A stretch of DNA of 64,000 nt from Squalus acanthias (GCA_030390025.1 CM059433.1:6698001-6762000), one strand, 5' to 3'. Positions 24,283 to 37,830 are shown, counted from the first letter of the stretch. The notes: generated from the letters alone by a model not told the origin. A program made the numbers and translations.

Positions 24283-25768
24283 TATAGCCAAGCTGTTCCA
24301 GTACAGCTGTAACACTGGCATCTATCCGACAATGTGGAAAATTGCCCAGGTACGTCCTGTCCACAAAAAGCAGGACAAATCCAATCTGGCCAATTACCGC
24401 TCCATCAGTCTACTCTCAATCATCAGCAAAGTGATGGAAGGTGTCGTCGACAGTACTATCAAGCAGCACTTACTCACCAATAACCTGCTCACTGATGCCC
24501 AGTTTGGGTTCCGCCAGGACCACTCGTCTCCAGACCTCATTACAGCCTTGGTCCAAACATGGACAAAAGAGCTGAATTCCAGAGGTGAGGTGAGAGTGAC
24601 TGCCCTTGACATCAAGGCAGCATTTGACTGAGTGTGGCATCAAGGAGCCCTAGTAAAACTGAAGTCAATGGGAATCGGGGGGAAAACTCTCCACTGGCTG
24701 GAGTCATACCTAGCACAAAGGAAGATGGTTGTGGTGGTTGGAGGTCAATCATCACAGCCCCAGGACATCGCTGCAGGAGTTCCTCAGGGCAGTGTCCTAG
24801 GCCCAACTATCTTCAGCTGCTTCATCAATGACCTTCCCTCCATCATAAGGTCAGAAGTGGGGATGTTCGCTGATGACTGCACAGTGTTCAGTGCCATTCG
24901 CAACTCCTCAGATAATGAAGCAGTCCATGCCAGCATGCAGCAAGACCTGGACAACATTCAGGCTTGGGCTGATAAGTGGCAGGTAACATTCACGCCACAC
25001 AAGTGCCAGGCAATGACTATCTCCAACAAGTGAGTGTCTAACCACCACCCCTTGACATTCAATGGCATTACCATTGCCAAATCACCGACCATCAACATCC
25101 TGGGGGTCACCATTGACCAGAAACTTAACTGGACCAGCCACATAAATACTGTGGCAACAAGAGCAGGTCAGAGGCTGGGTGTTCTATGGCGAGTGTCTCA
25201 CCTCCTGACTCCCCAAAGCCTTTCCACCATCTACAAGGCACAAGTCTGGAGTGTGATGGAATACTCTCCACTTGCCTGGATGAGTGCAGCTCCAACAACA
25301 CTCAAGAAGCTCAACACCATCCAAGACAAAGCAGCCCGCTTGATCGGCACCCCATCCACCACCTTAAACATTCACTCCCTCCACCACCGGCGCACCGTGG
25401 CTGCAGTGTGTACCATCTACAAGATGCACTGCAGCAACTCGCCAAGGCTTCTTCGGCAGCACCTCCCAAACCCGTGACCTCTACCACCTAGAAGGACAAA
25501 GGCAGCAGGTGCATGGGAACACCACCACCTCCAAGTTCCCCTCCAAGTCACACACCATCCTGACTTGGAAGTATATCGCCGATCCTTCATCGTCGCTGGG
25601 TCAAAATCCTGGAACTCCCTAACAGAACTGTGGGAGTACCTTCACCACACGGACTGCAGCGGTTCAAGAAGGCAGCTCACCACCACCTTCTCAAGGGCAA
25701 CTAGGGATGGGCAATAAATGCTGGTCTTGCCAGCGACGCTCACATCCCATGAACGAATATAAAAAAAT
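24283..25768 (+). mobile_element. CR1/L2-group LINE (family B), RT region to 3' end
   Basis: NYRSISLLS, QFGFRQ, LDIKAAFD, GVPQGSVLGP and FADD; A-rich tail. Confidence 0.9.
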
Positions 25769-26971
25769 ATATAAGTTTAGAATTAGTGTGAAACTGCAAC
25801 CACTTCACACTGACATGAAACTTATAGTGTAAATGCACCCACAGTGATTCCAAACCAAGTTTCAATCTAGATAAATTCATCTGTTCAATTTCCCTACTTT
25901 AATTAAAAAAAGGGCTTCAAGAATCAGCAAATACATTATTTTTTTTAAGAATGGCACACCCATAAATGATAAAACCAAAATGGTGGAAATTTGCAGTAGG
26001 TCTGTCAGCATCTCGAAGAGTAACAAGCCAGAAATGATCATCTGTGCGATTTCAGACTGGTAACAACGTAAAATAATTTTAGGCCACTGTTCTCTGATGG
26101 CACATTCTCTGCTATTAGTTACTAGTTTACCTACCTTTTAACTAATTTACTAGAACTTTTGCAGCACATTTTACCACTAAGTGACAAAGGGCTAGAAACT
26201 GGTTGATACCACAGGCGTAAAATAGACACTCTAGCATCCAATATTGCTGGCAGCGTGTGCGCATATATTCCGAGCCAGAAATGTGCAGGTAAAGGCAGGA
26301 AAAGAGGCATCCAGGGCCTGTGTCTAAAACAGGTATTAGGCCCGTTGTGTATGCAACCAAGGGCCCTAACATCTGTTTGGGGCCCCCTTTGCAAAATAAG
26401 TCTGCCCTGAATGCAGCCGGCTGCGTTTAGGAAAACGTGGTCGACATGTGGCCGAGCCAGCGGCCCTTAAAAACGGCTGCCACCGAAAAGGTAAGTTTGT
26501 TAAATAAATACTTACCTGAATGTGGAGCCAGGAGTCTCTTTTTGCACAGAAACAACTCCAGACACTGTCAGTTCCAGCTCCTGCCACGGGTCACAAAGGT
26601 TGCAGGTCACGTGGCACGTTTGCTGCAGATTTAAGCAAATCTTAAAAATGGCAGAAAATGTGCTGTAAACAAACATGCACACCAAAGAGAAACTCCATTA
26701 TTAACATTCATTTGGTTTAGAAGACAGAGGAAGGCCGAGCATCAGTTGTTTGTGGTTAGACATTTGTTGTTGATTGTGACCCCTAAACACCCCTAAATTG
26801 GTTTCACATTCGAGAGTAATTGCAGGCCATGTTTATTGTCAAATATTGAGTCATTCTGTTACTTTTGGCACTAAGACCTTGGTTACCCAGGAATGTAACT
26901 CTGGGGGGTGGGGGGGGGGGGGGGGGGTAAAGTTTAATCTATCCTGTCAAAGTCTGCCTTGGGAGATCAAC

Positions 26972-27006
<35 letters not shown>

Positions 27007-27796
27007 TGTAGTAACTACAAATAATGCAGATAGAATTGGATGGTGGATGGGGTGGAGAGGCCAATGTTGGGCAAATCCATTGTGTGTGATTTTTCAGAGT
27101 TGGGTGTCGTCTGCATTCCCAACCCATTGATATACACCAAAAACATGAACAGGGTGGAAAGCACTGTCCTAATAATGAGAACCGAGCTGCACCAAGTCAC
27201 TGATATTCTTCAATTCTCATGAGAGTGACTGGCTGACATTGTGAGGCCTGAAAGATGGCAGCCGGCAGTTGAAAATCAGGGGTGGGGGAGGAGGGTGGTA
27301 ACTCGGCCCCTCCGTCGGCGGCTGATACAATTATCAGACGATCTGTAAATGGGCGAGCAGCCCACTCGCCTGTTTCTTGCGGGAGGCTGTTTAATATGCA
27401 AATCAGGGACCTACGCGGATTGTAGGGTCCCGATTGTGATTTTCAGGTACAAATGGGTTTAAAATTTTTAATTTTGTGGGCTCCGTTTTGCTGCTGCCCC
27501 AGGATCACCTCCTCATCCCCCCCCCCATCAGGCCCAACCAACCAGACAGTTCAGCGTAGGAGCTGGCTAATTTCCTGCCCCCTCGTCAACAACTCCTGCG
27601 TAAAGTTAATGAGGGAGAAATGCTCCCTGAATACCTGCTCCTGCGAAGAGCCCTCCGCCCTCTCCTGCCAGTTGCTTCTGCTCTGTGGTGTCTCCCTTGC
27701 TGCTCCACCTCATCCTCCAGCCTCAAAAAGCAGCCTCGAGACCACCGATGACTGCAGTCAAACTGTTTCTGCCACAGACAACAACAGTACAACACC

Positions 27797-27962
27797 TGCT
27801 TAATATCTGTTCCATCTCCAGCTTTTTCCAGTTCTGACGAAGGGTCCCAGACCTGAAACGTTAACTGTTTCTCTCTCCACGGATGCTGCCTGGCCTGCTG
27901 AGTGTTTCCAGCATTTTCTGCTGTTATTTCAGATTTCCAGCATCCGCAGTATTTTGCTATTG
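27797..27962 (+). mobile_element. Penelope-like terminal fragment with intact-looking hammerhead motif
   Basis: cagtt-ctgacga-a-gggtc(cca)gacct-gaaa-cgtt-aactg at 27829-27867. Confidence 0.78.
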
Positions 27963-28312
27963 TACCAGCAAAGTCTTGCTCTGTTTAGACAAAAGTGAAC
28001 TTTCCAGAGTGCTAAAACTCGCCAAAAAAAGTCCAGAAGTTAACCAGCAGCCTGAAATGTGAAACCTGCAACTAACCTGTAAGTACCGCATGATCCCTTT
28101 AAATGTTTCTGGTGAGGGGGCCTTCCAGCCAATTAGCGGCATGCTGTGCTGTGCAAGTTCAGTATGTGGCGAGTGAAGCGCTGAGGCATTCTAATATGGA
28201 AAATGGGCCCTGCAAGACCCTAATTTGAATAAATTACTTGCCCCGTTAAATGTTCCTGACATGGGCTCCTAACACCAATGCAACCACATTCACCAATCTA
28301 ATGGGCGGCGCA

Positions 28313-28458
28313 CTTCCAGCCGGGAATGTGCGCTGCTTCCAGCCAGGAATGTGCGCGTGCTTCCAGCCGGGAATGTGCGCGTGCTTCCAGCCGGGAATGT
28401 GCGCGTGCTTCCAGCGGGAATGTGCACATTTCCAGCCGGGAATGTGCGTGTGCTTCCT
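28313..28458. repeat. 24-bp minisatellite, about 6 copies (cttccagccgggaatgtgcgcgtg)
   Basis: Directly visible tandem units. Confidence 0.9.
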
Positions 28459-29919
28459 ACCTGCCATAAGGGGACCTTAGTAGGCCGGTTAACGCCCCAA
28501 AATTGGGCGCTGCACGGCCAAATCGCTAGGCCCTTGGTTTTTCTTCCTACCTCATTTAAGGGCCCTCAGGTTACCAGGACAAGACAGGCTTAGATAGCTG
28601 GGCCATTAAACTTTGGAAAATCGTAGACTTCGAGGAGATATGGATTGAGGTCTTTAAAATAATGGAAGGATTTTACTTGGTCGAAGTGGATAAGCTATTT
28701 GAGCAAAGTAGATTAGGGAGGACCAGCAGGCTTCAATATAAGTTACAAAAGTATAGAACTAAGTTAGATGCTACAAGGTACCTCTTCTTGCAGAGAGTCA
28801 TTGACCTCTGGAACAAGTTTCTGGCATTGCAGTGAGTGTGGATTCGCTGCAAGAATTCAAAAGGGACTTGGATGAGTTCCTGAGAGTGACAAACATGCCT
28901 ACATATATAAGTTAGGTAGGTCACTGGAGCTGTGTCACCAAGTAACCATGGTCTCCTGGAGTTTGCCTGACTGCTTTTGGGGGTCAGAGAGGAATTTCCC
29001 AGACTTTCTTTTCTATATTGTGTTTTTTTTTTGCTCTCCCAGGGGATTGTGTGCGAGAGTAGAGGTGGGGAGATGGGTCATGCTGTGTGGAAGTTACACC
29101 ATGTCAGGATGGGACGGGCTCAATAGGCCAGCTAGTCTGTTTATGTCTTAGTTTGTATGTTCGAAGCAGGTAACTATGGGAAAAGGTGCTTTTAGTCAGT
29201 CAATCACTCATCAGGTATCACAAAGAAGTTTCATACCTGGAAGGATGGGCTTCTTCTGTAATACAAAAGCCATGCTATAAAGCCCAACAAAAAGGAAAGC
29301 TTTGTGTCGCATCTCAAAGAGCCAGTACAGGCGTGATGGGCTGAATGGCCTCATTCTGTGCTGTATCATTCTATGATTCTATCTGTCCTGTGCTGTACCT
29401 GAGGAGGGAATACTTAGCAGAGTCACAGGAGAATGGGGTTAATGATTCATTTCCCAGCATTGTCATCCTTACCTTGCTAATGTATCTGTCTGTCTGTGAT
29501 ATATTAAAAATCTTACATCTGCAGGCACTTCCAGCAGCTTTTTCCATTGTAAATTACTATGTCTGAAACCTAATTCCCACCTGCATTCCATTCCAAGCTA
29601 CACTTCCTGACATTAAAGGTTTCGATTTTCCGACTTTGCGTTCCCGGTGGGAAACCTCAGCTGCCAGGACCACATATTGGAAATTTTTGGCACATTTGGT
29701 GCACGATTTTCCATTAGCTCGGAAACGCCTATGAAGCACAGGCTGGAATTTCCAATATGTCCTCTGGGCCCGTGAAGCTCCCTGGCAAAGGCTCAAAGGT
29801 AAAAAAGAATTGTCCCTCGACTGTCGAGCATTACAGATGTCAAAATTTTCTGAAGAATCATGACACAAAGTGGCCGTGGACTTTAGTGAACCTTCACTAC
29901 AGCTAAACAAAAAGAAAAA

Positions 29920-30297
29920 GCAAGACTTGCATTTATATAGCGCCTTTCACGACCACCGGATGTCTCAAAGCGCTTTACAGTCAATTAAGTACTGTTTCAG
30001 GAGTGTAGTCACTGTTGTAATGTGGGAAACGAGGCAGCCAATTTGCGCACAGCAAGCTCCCACAAACAGCAATAGGTCCTATGACATCGATAGGGCCCCG
30101 ATGCCATTTTATTTTTTATTCGTTCATGGGATGTGGGTGTCGCTGGCAAGGCCAGCATTTATTGCCCATCCCTAATTGCCCTTGAGAAGGTGGTGGTGAG
30201 TCACCTTCCTGAACCGCTGCAGTCCGTGAGGTGAAGGTGCTCCCACAGTGCTGTTAGGGAGGGAGTTCCAGGATTTTGACCCAGCGACGATGAAGGT
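29920..30297 (-). mobile_element. SacSINE1-like tail plus LINE family B 3' end (composite)
   Basis: Reverse complement of 14870-15010, followed by the reverse complement of the family B tail. Confidence 0.7.
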
Positions 30298-30299
30298 TA

Positions 30300-30887
30300 T
30301 GCTATGTTATACAGGGCATTGGTGAGACCACATCTGGAGTACTGTGTACAGTATTGGTCTCATTATTTAAGGAAGGATGTAAATGCGTTGGAAGCAGTTC
30401 AGAGAAGGTTTACTAGACTAATACCTGGAATGGGCGGGTTGTCTTATGAGGAAAGGTTGGACAGGCTAGGCTTGTATCTGCTGGAGTTTAGAAGAATAAG
30501 AGGTGACTTGATTGAAACATATAAGATCCTGAGGGGCCTGGACAGGGTGGATGTGGAGAGGATGTTTCCTCTTGTGGGAGAATCTAGAACTAGGGGTCAC
30601 TGTTTAAAAATAAAGGGTCGCCCATTAATGACAGAGATGAGGAGAAATTTTTTCTCACAGAGGGTCGTGAGTCTTTGGAACTCTCTTCCTCAGAGGGCGG
30701 TGGAAGCAGAGTCTTTGAATATTTTTAAGGCAGAGGTAGATAGATTCTTGGTAAGCAAGGGGGTGAAAGGTTATCGGGGGTAGGCGGGAATGTGGAGTAA
30801 TCAGATCAGCCATGATCTTATTGAATGGCGGAGCAGGCTCGAGGGGCCGAGTGGCCTAATCCTGCTCCTAATTCGTATGTTCGTATG
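30300..30887 (+). mobile_element. Young CR1 LINE 3' fragment
   Basis: Open ORF LYRALVRPHLEYCVQ...; ttcgtatg tail; near-identical to 62995-63570. Confidence 0.9.
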
Positions 30888-32464
30888 TACTTATCGAGCT
30901 GCTTGATTCAATTATCTGTAGGGCTTCCCCCTCCATCTCGCAGGGGGCGGGGAGGGTGGTGGGGGTGGTGGAGGGACCACTGTGGCAAGGTCTAATGTGA
31001 AAAATAGAGGTATCAAGACATAATAATTCTCACCCTTGATGTCCGGGTAATGTCGTCGAACTTTTTATGGCACTGCACTCATGTACTGGGGGTGATGCTT
31101 CTAGCATTCATATTCTCTGCTACCTCCCTCCAGGCCTGTTGCAGAGACTGCCTGAGTCCCAGGGGAAGGCGGCTTGTCTGTTTGGTCCTCTCCTGCTCCA
31201 CCAAAACCCGCCACCGCTGCATCACTCAACCTTAAATGAGTCATCTATCGTATCAAGTCTCTGAATCCCAACTACTACTGCAGCGGAGTCAAATGACACC
31301 TCGCTTTAAGAAGTGCAAGGACGCTTTAAACAGGCTCTATGGACGCCTGAAATCCCGCCCTCCAATTCGGTGAGTTGCCCACCATCGCGGAAAATGCTTG
31401 GGCTGCTCGCCAATAAGATTCTAAATGCAGCCCGACCATCAAAATGGATTCCGGTCTCGCACTGATGACACTCCACCCACCGCCTGCCTGAAGTCCGATG
31501 AAAGTCAAAATTTGCCCCAATATCTTCCTTAAAGTTCACTAACGATTTTGTTTATGGGATGTGGGCGTCGCTGGCAAGGCCAGCATTTATTGCCCATCCC
31601 TAATTGCCCTTGAGAAGGTGGTGGTGAGCCGCCTCCTTTTTGTTTCGTAGCGGTTTGTTACAACTGAGTGGCTTGCTAAGGCCATTTAAGAAGTCAACCA
31701 CATTGCTGTGGGCCTGGAGTCACATATAGGCCTAAAGGACATCAGTGAACCAGATGAGTTTTTACAACAACCCGATAGTTTCATGTTTACCATTACTGAT
31801 ACTAGCTTTTTTAAAGTCCAGATTTATTTAATTAACTGAATTTAAACTCCCCAGCTGCCGTGGTGGGATTTGAAGTCGCAGTATCATTAATCCAGGCCTT
31901 CTGGATTACTAGCTCAGTGACATTACCACTACACTATCACTGCTTGTTGGTTAGGAGGTCTTCCTCACTGCTATAATACAACCTGTATGTAGCATCTCAT
32001 ATTTTAGCAATATTCCATTCATCTAATGGGTAAATTTTCATCTTCACTGCCTGGCCAGTAATCTGGCATGCCTGTCATAAACTTGTCTGATTTTCAATCC
32101 ATAGACGAAGCTAATGAAGGTGGAAGACTCCAAAGCTGAACAGGATAAGCTGCTGAAGGATTTGAATATACTCGGGAATTAGGCAGACAGGTGGCAGATA
32201 AAGTTCAATGTAGAGAAAGGCAAAGTGCTTCACATGGGGACAAACAAAACAGTGAGGTAATGCTGCCACTTTATAAATCATTGGTGTGACCGCACTTGGA
32301 ATATTGTGTAACCGCACTTGGTCTGGTCGCCGCAGTACAAAAAGGATATTCCAGTTATTGAAAGGATACAGAAGAGGGCGACCAGAACGATTGAGAGGAT
32401 GGAGGGATTGGATTATGGGGAGCGATTGTGTAAATCGGGCATGTTCGCATTGGAAAAGAGAAGA

Positions 32465-33146
32465 ATCATAGAATCATAGAAAGTTACAGCACGGAAGGAG
32501 GCCATTTCGGCCCATCATGTCCACGCCGGCCAACAAAGAGCTATCCAGCCTAATCCCACTTCCCAGCTCTTGGTCCGTAGCCCTGCAGGTTAGAGCATCC
32601 CAAGTGCACATCCAAGTACTTTTTAAATGTGATGAGGGTTTCTGCCTCTACCACCCTTTCAGGCAGTGAGTTCCAGACCCCCACAACCCTCTGGGTGAAG
32701 AAATTTCCCCTCAAATCCCCTCTAAACCTTCCCCCAATTACTTTAAATCTGTGCCCCCTGGTTTTTGACCCCTCTGCTAAGGGAAATAGGTCCTTTCTAT
32801 CCACTTTATCTAGGCCCCTCATAATTTTATACACCTCAATAAGGTCTCCCCTCAGCCTCCTCTGTTCCAAGGAAAACAAACCCAGCCTATCCAGTCTTTC
32901 CTCATAGCTAAGATTCTCTACTCCCGGCAACATCCTTGTAAATCTCCTCTGAATGCTCTCTAGTGCAATCACATCTTTCCTGTAATGTGGTGACCAGAAC
33001 TGCACGCAGTACTCTAGCTGAGGCCTAACTAGTGTTTTATACAGTTGAAGCATAACCCCCCTGCTCTTATATTCTATGCCACGGCTAATAAAGGCAAGCA
33101 TTCCGTATGCCGCCTTAACCACCTTATCTACCTGGCCTGCTACCTT
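32465..33146 (-). mobile_element. Young CR1 LINE 3' fragment
   Basis: Uninterrupted 190-aa ORF 32550..33122; ctatgattctatgatt tail. Confidence 0.9.
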
Positions 33147-33308
33147 TTGAGAGATTGAGAGGTGATATGATTGCTATTTTTAGGATTTTAAAAGTACGAG
33201 ATAATGTAGACCACGACAAGCTGTTTCACCGTGTCCAGAACAGTAGAACCAGAGCACATGGCCTGAGCTTGAAGGGGGATAAATTCAGAACTAATGTGCA
33301 GGAACAAT

Positions 33309-34069
33309 TGCCAGAAATTCGGCTCTCCGGCTTCCCGCGGGTGCAAGCATCGCGCGCGTACTTACCTACCGCGCCTGCCGTTGTGCTTCGGGCCCACAAG
33401 GACTTCGGCTCCTGGGCCTCCTGCAGCTGCCGGCGCACAGTGCTTGCGTATCCCAGGGGCGCAGTTAGTTCGAAGCGTCCCCTGGGATCACGTGGGCCAT
33501 GGAGAGCCAATCGGAGCAGGGAATTTTCATTCATAGATTTAACAGGAAGACCTGTCAAATCTATGAATAGAGATCGGCCCCAAAACCTCACTTAAACTAC
33601 AAATAATTTTTTTTTTAAATCACATTTTTAAAATAACTATAAATTACATAAATTAACTACATTAAACAAAAATTTAAATTTTTGAAAAAATTAATTAAAC
33701 TTTTTAACGGTGCTAAAAATAAACTTACCTTTCTTTAAAGTATGTAAAAAAGATAAACCTGTTGAAAAAATGTTTAAATTGTACTTAATTAACCACTTAC
33801 CTTGCTAAAAATAGGCCTTGCACCTCCTTTTTAAAAGTGCAGCTTCTCCATACTTACCCTCACGGAGAAACCTGAAAAAAAAACGAAGTTCGCTGCGTGC
33901 GCGCAGCCTCTCCCGCGCACGCGTTCGACTTCTGAACCTCTTCCTTCAGGGGTACGGAAGTTCCGGTTTCCCGCGCATGCGCAGTGCATGCATGAAACCG
34001 GCACTTCAGGTGTCCTTACGGGTGAGTACACAGCGCGTACTCAACCAACAACAGCCGAATTTCTGGCCC
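33309..34069. mobile_element. PIF/Harbinger-type MITE
   Basis: TIR gccagaaattcggct / agccgaatttctggc; aat flanks; related to 3322-4040. Confidence 0.8.
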
Positions 34070-35429
34070 AATATTTCAGTGAGCGCGTGGTCAATCAATG
34101 GAGGCTCCTAGGGAGACAGTGGGAATGGACAGTCTTGATTCATTCAAACGCAAATTAGATTTCTTGCAGAAAATGATATTTTGGGATACAGTATATGATT
34201 AATATGAGACATGGCATAGCATGCTGGAAGGAACAGGCGTCTTTGGACCTCTGGTTCCCAAAGCTTGCCACTACTGGGGGTTTTCCTGGCCTCATGTCTG
34301 GGTCTGTTGTAGACTCATTCATAGAGATTGATCGCTATGATTGGTCAACAACTCCATTATTGTTATAGCAGGGCGGCTACCAGGATGGTCGAAGGCGAAC
34401 TTGGTCTTTATTCGTCCAGCGATTCCTACGTTCTTACGCTGCTGTATTTTCAATGGAATGAGAATTGAGCGGGTTCTACAATGAGGACGAGTGGCTCCAA
34501 CAGATTACCCCTCCCACCACAGCTGGTGAAGACGAAAACTTGCCCCCACGGTTTTCACCCACTCAGTTGCTATTATGAAAAAAAAATATGTTCGTACGTG
34601 CCAACTGAACATGCTCAAAAATAAAGATGATCTCATTGAACAAATAATAAAATCAGCTTCGTGCGCACGCATGCTGTTATCAGGATTATGGTGGTATTGG
34701 CTTTGGAGAGTGAAAATCCTGTTTGATGCCAACTCAATGTAAATGATGAAAACAGATATAAATAGGGAAAACGGAGGAAAATAGTCGCAAATTCATAGAA
34801 CGTTTTAAGTGGTTCGCTAAGACAAGTATGATAGGTGAAGATTTTGGCTATATCAGGAACTGCATGTTATAAGAATGGTATATTGATAATCCGGGCTCAG
34901 TATTTTTATTGCCTCAGATATATAATGGCTTAGAAGAAACACTATCGATGTAGCTGATATCATAAGCTTGCTAAGTCAATACAGTTACTCAGTTTTTAAA
35001 ACACTGTGGTGTCAATAAGTGAAAGGCAGTCATAGACAGGAGTGAATGTAACATAAAAGAGGTAGTTCATAACAGACTCCATTTTTACCAGAAGTATAAT
35101 TTTGACAAATTGCCACCAGTATTGCAGACAGGTCACATTGACTTTGATAGACACTGACCTTTCAAAATGGTTAAAGTGCCAATATACACACTGACTTATC
35201 AAATGGAAAAAATGCCAGGGAAACACAAACACATGGGATTCAAACATGGGAATATGTAACTAGAATGATTCAGTAGTGAGAACAAGAAAAGGAATAAAAC
35301 TTAACTGGGAAGGACAAACATGGCCTTTTTTTTAAAAACTGAGAAATCTAGATGACTGTCAAGGCCCACAGTATGGGAAACCACCACGAATAGGATAGAA
35401 GCTAGGATACAAACTACAATTTTCTTAGA

Positions 35430-36060
35430 CTCATAGCTTACAGCACAGAAGATCATTCAGCCCATCATGTCTGTACCGTCTCTTTATTAGAGCAATCCAA
35501 AACTAATCCCACTACCTTGCTCTCTCCCCATAGCGCTCTATCGTCCTCTGTTTTAATACCTATCAAGTTTCCCCTAAAAAGATACAATGGTCTCGGCCTC
35601 ACCCACTCCCTTTGACAGAGCAGTCCCGTCTCGAACAACATTCTGCATAAAGACATTTCTCCTATCCTCTCTCCCTTAGTGACTATTTTTTAAATTGATT
35701 ATCCCTCAATATTGACTCCCCAACCAGGGGATATAACCTTTCTCTATTCACCCTATCAGAACCCTAAATAATTTTTAAAACCTCTTATTAAATCTCCTTT
35801 TAGCCTTCTCTGGTCTAGTGGAAATAGTCCCAGTGTCTCCTCATAACTATAGTTTCCTATCCCCAGTGAATCGACACTGAACATGCTCTATGGTTTCAAT
35901 GTCCTTTCTATAATGAGGCACCCAAAGCTGAACACTGTAATCTAACTATGGCCTGACTATTGCCATGTACAGATTTATCATCACTCCTTGATTCTTGTGC
36001 TCTCTGCCCCTCATTACAAAACACAACATGCTGTTGGCCTTTACTTACCTGCACTTTCTG
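35430..36060 (-). mobile_element. Decayed CR1 3' fragment
   Basis: Degenerate reverse complement of CR1 3' region and tail. Confidence 0.65.
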
Positions 36061-36171
36061 GGAATTATTTATTTGAAACCCTATGGCTGGGAATTTCCCC
36101 GAGAGCTGCTCCTGCTCTGGTGCCTGAACTTGGCCGGAAGTGTGGTGTGAACCCCATTTACATACCATAAA

Positions 36172-36640
36172 GAAAGACTTGCATTTATATAGCACCTTTG
36201 ATGACCTCAGGACGTCCCAAAGTGCTTTACAGCCGATAAAGTACTTTCAAAGTGGAGTCACTGTTGTAAGGGCAGCAGGCGCATGGGAACACCACCAACT
36301 CCAATGTTCCCCTCCAAGTCACACACCATCCTGACTTGGAAGTATATCGGCCGATCCTTCATCGTCGCTGGGTCAAAATCCTGGAACTCCCTCCCTAACA
36401 GCACTGTGGGAGTACCTTCACCACACGGACTGCAGCGGTTCAAGAAGGCGGCTCACCACCACCTTCTCGAGGGCAACTAGGGATGGGCAATAAATGCTGG
36501 CCTTGCCAGCGACGCCCACATCCCATAAGCGAATAAAAAAAAATGTAGGAAATACAGAAGCCAATTTGCACACAGCAAGCTCCCACAAGCAGCAATGTGA
36601 TAATGAACCAGATAATCTGTTTTAGTGATGTTGGTTGGTT
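36172..36640 (-). mobile_element. SacSINE1-like fragment interrupted by a LINE family B 3' end (+, ~36270-36543)
   Basis: SINE tail sequence resumes after the A-tail of the inserted LINE end. Confidence 0.7.
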
Positions 36641-36847
36641 ATTTAAATACCATGGGTGCCATTACGATGTGGGATACTCCCCGTCTGATTATCCATTATA
36701 GATTCTGCCCAGGATTATTTACGACCAAGCACTAAAGAGGAAAACCTGCTACCAAAATGTCTTAACTCTCTTTGAAGGCATTGTTTTGGGGATGGGATTC
36801 TAAATTGTTTTCCTTTTCTTTTCCTACTGGTCGCTCCCAAGATGTTA

Positions 36848-37830
36848 TACAAGGCACAAGTCAGGAGTGTGATGGAATACTCTCCACTTGCCTGGATGAG
36901 TGCAGCTCCAACAACACTCAAGAAGCTAGACACCATCCAGGACAAAGCAGCCCGTTTGATCGGCACCCCATCCACCACCTTAAACATTCACTCCCTCCAC
37001 CACTGGCGCACCGTGGCTGCAGTGTGTACCATCTACAAGATGCACTGCAGCAACTCGCCAAGGCTTCTTCGGCAGCACCTCCCAAACCCGCGACCTCTTC
37101 CACCTAGAAGGACATAGAAACATAGAAACATAGAATCTAGGAGCAGGAGTAGGCCATTCGGCCCGTCGAGCCTGCTCCGCCATTCAATACGATCATGGCT
37201 GATCATCCAAATCCAGTACCCTGTCCCTGCTTTAATCCCCACAGTACACATATCCCACCCGACCCCCGTAACCCCACGTATTTAATTCCCCTAACATATC
37301 CCATCCTATCCCCATAACCCCACATATTTAATCCCCCCCTAACACTAAGGGTCAATTTATCATAGCCAAATCAACCTAACCCGCACATTTTTGGACTGTG
37401 GGAGGAAACCGGAGCACCCGGAGGAAACCCACGCAGACACGGTGAGAATGTGCAAACTCCACACAGACAGTCACCCGAGGCCAGATTCGAACCCGGGTCC
37501 CTGGCGCTGTGAGGCACCAGTGCTAACCACTATGCCACCGTGTTGCCCTAAAGGACAAGGGCAGCAGGCGCATGGGGAACACCACCATCACCAAGTTCCC
37601 CTCCAAGTTACACACCATCCTGACTTGGAAGTATATCGGCCGATCCTTCATCGTCGCTGGGTCAAAATCCTGGAACTCCCTCCCTTACAGCACTGTGGAA
37701 GCACCTTCACCACACGGACTGCAGCGGTTCAAGGCGGCGGCTCACCACCACCTTCTCAAGGGCAATTAGGGATGGGCAATAAATGCTGGCCTTGCCAGCG
37801 ACAGCCCACATCCCATGAACGGAAAAAAAA
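36848..37830 (+). mobile_element. LINE family B 3' part, split by a SINE
   Basis: YKAQVRSVMEYSPLAWM...; resumes at ~37558. Confidence 0.85.
37115..37546 (-). mobile_element. Full-length V-SINE (HE1-like): tRNA head, V domain and CR1-derived tail
   Basis: A/B boxes tggcatagtgg / ggttcgaatc; V-domain gggtttcctccgggtgctccggtttcctcccacagtcc; (ttctatgt)n tail; TSD cctagaaggaca / cctaaaggaca. Confidence 0.85.

Larger units (their letters stand above)
32110..34440 (+). mobile_element. Old CR1 fragment carrying a nested minus-strand CR1 (32465-33146) and a MITE
   Basis: CR1 RT C-terminal motifs resume after each insertion (...RGDMIAIFRILK...; FSERVVNQW at ~34073). Confidence 0.7.

Noticed and set aside
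28313..28458. CRISPR-like array
   Set aside because: Head-to-tail units without unique spacers, in eukaryotic context
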